Assembly (NCBI RefSeq): GCF_001194135.2
Contig: NC_069000.1
Location: 6,894,065-6,958,064, forward strand
Length of the DNA stretch: 64,000 nt
Direction: 5' to 3'
From: Octopus bimaculoides
Taxonomy: Eukaryota
Shown: in pieces, positions 12,797 through 22,860 of the stretch
Position numbering within the stretch: the stretch's first letter is position 1
Layout of the letters: each line of letters begins with the position of its first letter
The notes under the pieces: model-generated
Databases searched by the model: none
The model's input: only the letters and a program-made list of their open reading frames with translations
What the model was told of the DNA's origin: nothing
Position numbers and translations under genes: made by a program

Positions 12797-15302
12797 GCGT
12801 GTGTGTGCACGTATGTGAATTCGAAGGAATTTCCGGCTGCCATTTCTAACAGGTTGAACAACCAATTAGAGGCTCCTTTATTGACACATAATTGTCAGTC
12901 AAAAAGGTTTCAGACATAAGGGAAATGAATGAAGGCCTCCCTGGCATATTGTCAAGTATTCACTCAGGTTGAGTCACATCATCCAGAGAGAGGAATGTGG
13001 AGGAGAGAGAAGAAGAAAAAGAAGGAAAAGGATGAGGTGGAGGAGAGGCAGTGGGGGCAGTGGGGGCATCACAATGGAAAGGTGTCAGTTGTCTTGACCA
13101 GAGCAAACAAAGACGTAATATATTTAATGTATGCATGTATGTATTTACATATGTTAATATATGCATGTATGTCTTTATACATGTACCTCCTCAATGTATG
13201 TATTTCATACCTTTATATATATATATATATGTGTGTGGGAGTGTGTGTGGGTGCATATGTATGTATATCATTATTTTCCATATTGATATGAATTGGAGGA
13301 TTCAACAGGACTCAGCCAGTCAGCAGATGTCATCTTGCTCTAATGTCTCACTATTGGCATGGTTTCTACACCTAATGCCAACCATTTTAGAAATTATACT
13401 GGTTCCTTTTTCTTACTTTGTAACTTGTAAGACTAAAGAGCTCCCATGGCAGAGAGAATTATGGAAAGGGAAGTAATGCTAGGTGAGATAACGAAGTTAA
13501 AATATGATAGGAGTGCCATGAGCTTGGTAGATTTTGGAATGTAAGACCTGTATAGAGTTACCTTCTCTTAGATAAGCAGCTAAAGAGCTGAAGGGTTCCA
13601 CTTGCCCCAGATCTGTTAGGCTGTCTGTGAGAGACTTTCTTCTGGAGGGAATTCCATGATATGCTAATTAACCTATATCTAGGACTCTGATAGGTACTAA
13701 AACTCTGGCTCAGAGTAGATCTGAGAGCAATAATGGTTAAGAGGTGGTTCAACTCTCCTCAAAAGCCTGGAACTCCCAAACAAGGGCTTCATTACTGGAT
13801 GCAGTTTAATGTCATACCTATATGTCATTATTTTAACATATTTATTTACTGTAATAAGGCAGTGAACTGGCAGAATCCAGAGAAAATGCTTTGCAGCATT
13901 TCTTCTGGCTTTCTGTTGAGTCCAAATGCCGCTGGGGTCGACTTTGCTTTCCATCCTTTTGGGGTCTATAAAATAAGTACCAGTTAAACAGTGGGGTAAA
14001 TATAATTCTCTTCCACCCTCTCCTGAACTTTCTGGGCTTCTGCCAAAATTTGAAATCATAATATCTATTCTTGTATTCTTTGTTTTACTTGTTTCCATCA
14101 TTTGACTGTGGCCATGAAAGAGTCCTAGTCAAAGGGTTCTAGTCAAACGAATCGACCCTAAGATTTATTTCTTAAGCCTAGTACTTATTCTATCAGTCTC
14201 TTTTGCTGAACCACTAAGTTAACACACCAATGACAGTTGTCAAGTGGTGATAGGAGACAAACACAGACACAAACATACACACACAACAGGCTTCTTTCAG
14301 TTTCTGTCTACCAAATCCATTTACAAAGCTTTGGTCAGCCTCAGGCTACAGCAGAAGACACCTGCCTAAGGTGCCATGCCATGGGACTGAACCCAGAATT
14401 ATGAGGTTGAGAAGCAAGCTTCCTACGACACAGTTGTGCCTGTGCCGATATTTATTATAATTTATTAAATACTTGTTTTCTTTCTTCCAGGGCCCAATGT
14501 GACAGAGAATCAGTACCCAATGTCGATGGCATTAATTGGGGGCCATACCTACGCAGAAGGCATGAGACCATGGCTGGTTTCTTTACAATCCAAAACAGAG
14601 ATTAAAAAACTTTTGGGAATATTCTCCGTCTACCGAACTTATTGGTGTGGCGGTTCTTTAATTAATGACCAGTGGGTCTTGTCTGCTGCTCATTGCTTCT
14701 TTGGAGAGAAGTAAGTGTTTGATTTTTCTTTGAATCGACATTATTTTAGAAATATGGATATGGATGTTGGGGACGTGGGCCAAGGATGTTGTTGTTGTTG
14801 TTGTTTTCCAGTAGATCTTGTTCTTGTTTTTGTTGTCCTTACTGCTTTTGTTGATGTTGTTGTTGTTGGTGGTGGTGGTGTTAATACTGCTACAACCACT
14901 GTTGCTGTTCTTGTTGTTGTTGCCATACCAATGGTGTCATTCGTTATAAGTGTGTGTTCTGGTTCCACAAAACATAACATTTACTATTTTCCCCCTGGTT
15001 ACTCTAAGAGGCTGGCAAACTCTTTTGTTTATGAAATTCTTTGACAAACGTTAACCATGCCATATTCTTCAGTGCAACTCTCTTTACTTTCTCTGTTTCT
15101 AGTTCGGCACCAATTTCCGTGGGAAGTTGGACGGCAAGAATGGCATCAACCCACTTGAAAGTAAGTCGAAAACTGTAATCCAAGGATCAGTTACTGCCTT
15201 TTGACTAAAGTACACACACACAGAGTCATATAATTACATACATACATACACACACATACATACATATATACATACATGCATACATACATATATGTGTTTG
15301 TG

Positions 15303-15358
<56 letters not shown>

Positions 15359-15395
15359 NNNNNNNNNNNNNNNNNNNNNNNCACACACACACACC

Positions 15396-15426
<31 letters not shown>

Positions 15427-15706
15427 AACACACAAACACACACAAACACACACACACACATATATAGACACAATTACATACACACATACATATATGTACA
15501 CACATACTCATGCATGCATACACATGCACACATATGTAAACATGTGTAAACGTAAACACAAACACATACACATATTCACATCAAAATATATACAGACATA
15601 CAAAGCATATATAAATACACCATTACACACACATATACATATACATACATAAACACACTCACACTCACACACAACACACACTTACACACATGCATGCCTA
15701 TATGTA

Positions 15707-15747
<41 letters not shown>

Positions 15748-18700
15748 GCACACATGCACACACATGCATGCATGTACAACACACATGCACACACACACAT
15801 ACACCGACCCCGATGTAAACTATGTCAGATGTAAACACTAAAAACTTGTTTTGAATTCCCCGTTGCACTCTGAGATCCTCTCTCAACTTTAGAACATCAG
15901 GTTTCTCCTTTACAAATATTTGTTTTCATAACACAAAACAAACAAAGAGAAGAAATGGCTTCTCTAACCCTCCCCGCCACCTGCACAAAATTCTAACCCC
16001 GTCCCCATTGGAATAGACTTAATGTTGAAACTAAACTACGTCTCTTTAAACCTAATGTCCCCTACCTGCACCCCACAACCACTACCATCACCCCCCAACC
16101 CTACCTCTTCCTTTTGGGTATGGGTGGGGTAGTACCCGGGGTACCGACTGATAAAGGAGGACAAAATACAAAATACATTAAGTGTGTTTTCATGTTGAGT
16201 TCTGTAGCTCCCCCCTCTCACACCACTTCTATCTGTCTAGGGAGGGATTTACAACTCAGCACTGCAACCAAGCTGACGCAAAAAAAAAAATCAGTTTAAT
16301 TGGTCTCAGTATATCACTGGTATTCTAATTGGCACTAATATATTACTGGTATTTTGCTTTGTGGACCCTGGAGAGATGAAAGGCAAATTCAATCTCAACA
16401 GAATTTGAACATGGAATTTGAAGATATACAACTGTATGNNNNNNNNNNNNNNNNNNNNNNNNNNNNNNNNNNNNNNNNNNNNNNNNNNNNNNNNNNNNNN
16501 NNNNNNNNNNNNNNNNNNNNNNNNNNNNNNNNNNNNNNNNNNNNNNNNNNNNNNNNNNNNNNNNNNNNNNNNNNNNNNNNNNNNNNNNNNNNNNNNNNNN
16601 NNNNNNNNNNNNNNNNNNNNNNNNNNNNNNNNNNNNNNNNNNNNNNNNNNNNNNNNNNNNNNNNNNNNNNNNNNNNNNNNNNNNNNNNNNNNNNNNNNNN
16701 NNNNNNNNNNNNNNNNTATATATATATGTATGTATGTATGTATCTATGTATATATGTATGTATATACTTGTGTGTGTGTGTCTGTGTTTGTCCCCCCCCT
16801 CCCCACCATCACTTGACAAATTAGCGGTTTAGCAAAAGAGACTGATAGAATAAGTACTAGGCTTACAAAGAATAAGTTCTGAGTTCTATTTGTTCAACTA
16901 AAGGCAGTGCTCCAGCATGGCTGCAGGCAAATGACTGAAACAAGTAAGAAAACTGTTATGAGCTGAAATCTCACAATGTTTTTTTCCATTTCCAGCCAAG
17001 CCTAAAGGAGAGATTTATGAATATTGTTGGTAAAATATTCCGCAAGATGAAATGGCGCCAATGGAATGTCAAAGTTGCCAAAATTATAATCCATCCTAAC
17101 TTTCAGATTAATGGTAAGTCTAGATTTTGTGATTCCTGATATTTTAATAATAATGGGGATTGTTGCATTCACCAACTCTATTGCTGCTGCTGTTTTTGTT
17201 GTAATCATCATTATTATTATTAAGGTGTTGAGCTGGCAAAGTCGTTAGCATGCTGGGCGAAATGCATAGCGGTATTTTGTCTGTTGCTACATTCTGTGTT
17301 CAAGTTCCGTCTAGGTTGACTTTGCCTTTCATCCTTTTGGGGGATCAATAAATAAAGTACAATTGAAACACTGGAGTCGTTGTAATCAACAAGTCCCCTC
17401 CCCCAAAATTTCTGGCCTTGTGCTTATATTAGAAAGGATTATTATTGTAACTATTCTTGATTCTTCTTCTTCTTCTTCTTCTTCTTCTTCTTCTGTACCA
17501 CCATCACCTCCCCCTGCTCCGTTTTCTTCTTCTTCATCTCCTTTCATCTACTTTTCTTCTTGTTTACACACACACGCACACACACACACGCACACACACN
17601 NNNNNNNNNNNNNNNNNNNNNNNNNNNNNNNNNNNNNNNNNNNNNNNNNNNNNNNNNNNNNNNNNNNNNNNNNNNNNNNNNNNNNNNNNNNNNNNNNNNN
17701 NNNNNNNNNNNNNNNNNNNNNNNNNNNNNNNNNNNNNNNNNNNNNNNNNNNNNNNNNNNNNNNNNNNNNNNNNNNNNNNNNNNNNNNNNNNNNNNNNNNN
17801 NNNNNNNNNNNNNNNNNNNNNNNNNNNNNNNNNNNNNNNNNNNNNNNNNNNNNNNNNNNNNNNNNNNNNNNNNNNNNNNNNNNNNNNNNNNNNNNNNNNN
17901 NNNNNNNNNNNNNNNNNNNNNNNNNNNNNNNNNNNNNNNNNNNNNNNNNNNNNNNNNNNNNNNNNNNNNNNNNNNNNNNNNNNNNNNNNNNNNNNNNNNN
18001 NNNNNNNNNNNNNNNNNNNNNNNNNNNNNNNNNNNNNNNNNNNNNNNNNNNNNNNNNNNNNNNNNNNNNNNNNNNNNNNNNNNNNNNNNNNNNNNNNNNN
18101 NNNNNNNNNNNNNNNNNNNNNNNNNNNNNNNNNNNNNNNNNNNNNNNNNNNNNNNNNNNNNNNNNNNNNNNNNNNNNNNNNNNNNNNNNNNNNNNNNNNN
18201 NNNNNNNNNNNNNNNNNNNNNNNNNNNNNNNNNNNNNNNNNNNNNNNNNNNNNNNNNNNNNNNNNNNNNNNNNNNNNNNNNNNNNNNNNNNNNNNNNNNN
18301 NNNNNNNNNNNNNNNNNNNNNNNNNNNNNNNNNNNNNNNNNNNNNNNNNNNNNNNNNNNNNNNNNNNNNNNNNNNNNNNNNNNNNNNNNNNNNNNNNNNN
18401 NNNNNNNNNNNNNNNNNNNNNNNNNNNNNNNNNNNNNNNNNNNNNNNNNNNNNNNNNNNNNNNNNNNNNNNNNNNNNNNNNNNNNNNNNNNNNNNNNNNN
18501 NNNNNNNNNNNNNNNNNNNNNNNNNNNNNNNNNNNNNNNNCCATTTCTTTTCGAGAAACGTTGTCATCTGCTGGTATTGATACATCAATTAGAAAGCATT
18601 TTTTTCCTTCATGATCTTTGACAACTATATCTGGTCTATTTGCCTTAATTTCTCTATCTGTGTGTATTGGCATATCCCAGAGTATGGTTGCTTTCTCGTT

Positions 18701-18812
18701 TTCTGTGACCTTTTCTGGCGTGTGTTTATACCATCTTTTTTCTGTTGTTATTCCATAGTGTTGGCATAGCTTCCAGTGTATATAGGTCCCAGCTCTGTCG
18801 TGTCTGTGAATA

Positions 18813-18857
<45 letters not shown>

Positions 18858-20702
18858 CATTATTATTATTATCACTATCGCTTGACAACAGATGTTGGTG
18901 TGTTTATGTCCCCATAATGTAGCGGTTTGACAAAAGGTAACCGATAGAATAAGTAATAGGCTTATAAAGAATAAGTCCTGAGGGTCGATTTGTTCAACTA
19001 AAAGGTGGTGCTCCAGCATGGCTGCAATCAAAATGACTGAAACAAGTAAAAAAACAAAAGAATAAAAGAATAAGAGAATAAAAGAATAAAAGAATAAGTA
19101 AGTTAAAGACATTTTGATGATATTCTGTAGACCACAGTACATTTCGAGAGAACACGTTCAGTTTGTTGTAGCAATGTGTGAGATATCAGTTCTAAATAAT
19201 TGAGAGACATATGCATGCCTGTACAATTGTAACTTATATAAATATATATATATATATGTATATAGAGGGAGAGAGAGAGAGAGAGAGGGAGAGAGAAAGA
19301 GAGAGGGAGAGAAAGGAAGAGCCTTACTGAAGTTGTGAAACATTTCTTTTGCAGCTTTCCACGATGACATTGCACTGTTGAAACTTGCCCACCCTGTACC
19401 TACTCATATCCACCCGAAAATAAAAAGTGTCGGCCTTGCCCACCAGGGCAACAACCAGTTTCCAGAGACAGGGAAGATGTGTATAATGTCCGGATGGGGC
19501 TGTACTCAGAGTGGTGAGGACCTTTGTGTTGTTTTTGTCTTGTTTTTGCTTTAAATGTTATTCTAATATTTTCATCATCATCATCATTCTCATCATCATT
19601 GTAATCATTGTCCTCATTGTTGTTGTTGCTGATGTGCTTCTCATTGTCATTGTGGCTGTCATCATCTTTCATGGACCCCTAAGGGTCTTATAAACCTCAG
19701 TTGAGAACTACTGCTATACAACAACATTATTGGGTCATCCCATAAATAATGTTTTTTTCAGTTGCATGAAAATCCAGAAGGGGATGGGATAAACTACCTG
19801 CATCAACTTGCTATAAAAGCAGGTAGTAATTTTACCTTGTCCTTATTCTTAGTGCAAGTTTTGAAGAAAGTGCCATGCAGTGAGACTGAACCTGGAGCCA
19901 TGTGCTTAGTAAGCAAGCTACTTACCACACAGCCACTCCTGTTGATAAACATTATATTTATATGCTGTTGACTGAACAAATTCATTAAATATTTAATGAT
20001 AACACTAGTTATTTTAATTGTGCGTCTCGTCACCATTTCAGGCGGAACCGTTACCAAGCATGCCCAGGAATTAAAGATGCCGATTATGAGCAATATTGAA
20101 TGTTCTAAGTATTTTGGATTGGTGTCAACAGACAAGATCTGTGCAGGTTTCAATAACAAAGCAAAGGGCATTTGTAGGGTAAGTGAAAATATACAGTTGA
20201 TATGTCATCCTTGTTGTCATCATTATCATCATCATCATCATCATCATCTTCACCGCCATCATTATCATCATCATCGTTGTCATCCTTATCAATGACATCA
20301 TCGTCATCATTCTTGCCATTGTCGTTGTCATCATCATCATCATCATCGTCATCACCATCATTGTTGCTATCATTATTACCTGCACACCTTTTTTCTTATC
20401 ATCTTAAAAGGTTTCCACCTGTAACCTATTCGTTGACATACCAGACTGTGTCTTATCAACTCCATGGACTTCCTGTCAGCCTCATCCTACAGCCAAACCT
20501 GTTTACATCACAACTATCAACATCTCTCCACAGCTGACACTTGTCTTCACATCCCACCATTTAAACTCCTTTATGCATTTATTTTCTTTAGATGTTGTAT
20601 CTGTTGTATCTGATTTCATACCTGTTGTCTTCCTGTTTGTGCTGAGGTTCTGTCATACATATATACATACATATGTAATGTATATGTATGTGTGTCTGTA
20701 TA

Positions 20703-20765
<63 letters not shown>

Positions 20766-21719
20766 TATCATCATCATTATCATCATCGTTTAACGTCCGT
20801 TTTCCATGCTGGGGTCTGGGTAGCCAGGCAGCTGCACCAGGCTCCAATCTGATCTGGCAGTGTTTCTACAGCGGGATGCCCTTCCAAACGCCAACCACTC
20901 TGAGAGTGTAGTGGGTGCTTTTTTATGTGCCGCCAGCACAGGGTCCAGAGGAGGCTGGCATCGACCATGATCGGATGGTGCTTTTTACATGCTACCGTCA
21001 CAGGAGCCTGTCCTGCCCTAACTCTTCGAAATGCTTAGTTTAGAATGGTGGCAGCTGATGAAGGAACTGTTCCCTATGTGGCCTGTGTGTTTTCTGTGCT
21101 CTGTTTATGTTCTGTTTTTCGTTTTGTCCACGTTTTTTTGTGATGTCCTGTACCCAGATATACATTTATATACACAGGTAGATGTAGGTATGTACATACA
21201 TGTATGTATATATGCATATACTCACATTTTATTTGTATTATTATATGATCGAACGCACGCGTCCTTTTTGCAAGTATGTATGTATATATGTAAATATAGA
21301 AATCCAAAACAATTACAAAGAATATGGAGACTGGTACATTTTCAAAGTTTTCTTTTAATTTTAACAGTTAATTATACAACAGAATTGGTTACAATGACTA
21401 ACATATGTTTCTGCTGCACTTGGAATGTGCAACCAGCAACATTCTGCTATGTACCTTCATTCAGGGTTTTTCTACAAGCGAACTGAATCTATTTATGCAT
21501 GGTTAACTTGTGTGCATGTATGCATTTATATTTATGCTTTTCTGTATTTGACAGGGTGACAGTGGAGGTCCACTGGTTTGTCCGAGCCCCTATGGCTGGA
21601 TGCAGGTTGGTGTTGCGTCATTTACCAGTAAAGATCACCCAGAAAATTCCCCAGGTGTATTTACCCGTGTGTCTCAATATCGAAGCTGGATTGATCGAGT
21701 TATGAGGTTAAATAGTTGA
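12021..21719 (+). CDS. Secreted S1A serine protease (chymotrypsin/elastase-like), 7 exons, 313 aa; join(12021..12105,14491..14710,15103..15160,16996..17113,19355..19513,20042..20178,21555..21719)
   Basis: Manual splicing gives 942 nt in one open frame with GT-AG introns of matching phase. Signal peptide MSALRELSRMLALVLVLLMVASITTA; mature start LIGG; motifs CGGSL, SAAHC (His57), DDIALLKL (Asp102), GWG, GDSGGP (Ser195), PGVFTRV. Confidence 0.95.
13850..14060 (+). mobile_element. SINE family C
   Basis: Same core. Confidence 0.75.
14080..14420 (-). mobile_element. SINE family A
   Basis: Reverse complement of the family A head and tail. Confidence 0.85.
14491..14710 (+). CDS. Serine protease exon 2 (propeptide, LIGG, His57)
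   Basis: Acceptor tttcttccag, donor gtaagt; encodes RPNVTENQYPMSMALIGG...CGGSLINDQWVLSAAHCFFGE. Confidence 0.95.
15103..15160 (+). CDS. Serine protease exon 3
   Basis: Acceptor ctgtttctag, donor gtaagt, phase 2 to 0; encodes SAPISVGSWTARMASTHLK. Confidence 0.88.
16775..16950 (+). mobile_element. SINE family A, 3' half
   Basis: tgtgtttgtccccccc...ccagcatggctgcaggcaaatgactgaaacaagta. Confidence 0.8.
16996..17113 (+). CDS. Serine protease exon 4
   Basis: Acceptor ccatttccag, donor gtaagt; encodes PSLKERFMNIVGKIFRKMKWRQWNVKVAKIIIHPNFQIN (IIHPNF motif). Confidence 0.92.
17220..17430 (+). mobile_element. SINE family C
   Basis: Head aaggtgttgagctggcaaagtcgttagca plus core. Confidence 0.8.
18541..18812 (-). 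mobile_element. R4/Dong-like non-LTR retrotransposon fragment (restriction-like endonuclease domain), in protease intron 4
   Basis: YIHRHDRAGTYIHWKLC...ILWDMPIHTDREIKANRPDIVVKD...LIDVSIP is the RHD/RPD PD-(D/E)xK endonuclease signature; it abuts an (AAT)n tract. Confidence 0.85.
18872..19105 (+). mobile_element. SINE family A, 3' half
   Basis: Family A tail with (aaagaata)n. Confidence 0.8.
19355..19513 (+). CDS. Serine protease exon 5 (Asp102)
   Basis: Acceptor ttttgcag, donor gtgagg; encodes FHDDIALLKL...CIMSGWGCTQS. Confidence 0.95.
19728..19800 (+). mobile_element. Orphan left TIR of the same mariner family, in protease intron 5
   Basis: tattgggtcatcccataaataatg (19728-19751) is the exact reverse complement of 1497-1520. 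Confidence 0.75.
20042..20178 (+). CDS. Serine protease exon 6
   Basis: Acceptor catttcag, donor gtaagt; encodes GTVTKHAQELKMPIMSNIECSKYFGLVSTDKICAGFNNKAKGICR. Confidence 0.95.
20765..21000 (-). mobile_element. SINE-like family B
   Basis: Reverse complement of family B. Confidence 0.8.
21555..21719 (+). CDS. Serine protease exon 7 (Ser195, stop)
   Basis: Acceptor ttgacag; encodes GDSGGPLVC...PGVFTRVSQYRSWIDRVMRLNS, TGA at 21717-21719. Confidence 0.96.
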   Translation, partial: GDSGGPLVCPSPYGWMQVGVASFTSKDHPENSPGVFTRVSQYRSWIDRVMRLNS

Positions 21720-21746
21720 TAACCTGAAGGTTATAACTAAATTTCC

Positions 21747-21752
21747 AATAAA
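21747..21752 (+). terminator. Polyadenylation signal AATAAA of the serine protease
   Basis: AATAAA 28 nt after the stop, followed by T-rich sequence; a second AATAAA at 21803. Confidence 0.6.
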
Positions 21753-22035
21753 GTTTACTTTTCTGTTGGTCTATTATTTTCATCCTTTATATTTTCGTTG
21801 TCAATAAATTCACAAAATATACAAAGTAAAAAATTTTTGTAAAAAAGAATTCAGTTGAAAATTTAATGCCATTAAACTTTTGGATTTAGAATCTCAGATT
21901 ATTTTGGCTTGTGTTTTTGATTTGTAATGATGGTTTCTTCAAATTCTTCAAATACATTTTATTTTTTTACTAGTTTCAAGCATTGGAGTGTGGCCATGCT
22001 GGGGCACTGTGTCAAGAGTTTTAGTTGAATGAATC

Positions 22036-22313
22036 AATCCCATGGTTCTGGGTTCAGTCCCACTGTGTGGCAACTTGGGCAAGTGCTTTCTACTATATCT
22101 CCAGGCTCACCAAAGCCTTCTGAGGGGATTTGGTAGACAGAAACTAAAAGAAACTTTTTTATGTGTGTGTGTNNNNNNNNNNNNNNNNNNNNNNNNNNNN
22201 NNNNNNNNNNNNNNNNNNNNNNNNNNNNNNNNNNNNNNNNNNNNNNNNNNNNNNNNNNNNNNNNNNNNNNNNNNNNNNNNNNNNNNNNNNNNNNNNNNNN
22301 NNNNNNNNNNNNN

Positions 22314-22356
<43 letters not shown>

Positions 22357-22600
22357 CATACATATACATACATGTATCTATGTGTTTCTGTGTTTCTCCC
22401 CCACAACTGCTTGAAAACCGGTGTTGGTGTGTTTATATCCCCTTAGCTTAGTGGTTTGGCAAAAGTGACCAATAGAATAAATACCAGGCTTAAAATAAGT
22501 TCTAGGTTCAATTAAGTCAACTAAAATTCCTCGGGAGCAGTGCCCAAGCATGGCCACAGTCAAATAACTGAAACAAGTAAAAGATAAAAGATAAAAAAAT
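22036..22600 (+). mobile_element. SINE family A, between the convergent gene ends
   Basis: Head and tail present; internal microsatellite/gap. Confidence 0.85.
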
Positions 22601-22607
22601 ATATTTG

Positions 22608-22673
<66 letters not shown>

Positions 22674-22687
22674 TTATAAATGCATGA

Positions 22688-22860
22688 TTAGTTTTTCCAG
22701 AAGGTAAGTCGACTCTTTAAAGACTGCTCAACCAGTTTCTTTTCCCGCCTGGCTCCTTTCAAAATGGCTTTGTTCTCCTGCAGCCGACGTACCAAGTATG
22801 CTAATGTTTCATTAACAGGACCATACGGTAGCGCTTTGTAGATAAGGACATCACTGTTTC
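22688..22860 (-). CDS. PRODH2: PRODH2 exon 10 (stop)
   Basis: Encodes NSDVLIYKALPYGPVNETLAYLVRRLQENK...FWKN then stop. Confidence 0.95.

Noticed and set aside
1497-19751. Matching mariner TIRs enclosing part of the protease gene (composite transposon idea)
   Set aside because: The TIRs face outward, a right end at 1520 and a left end at 19728, so they belong to separate insertions.
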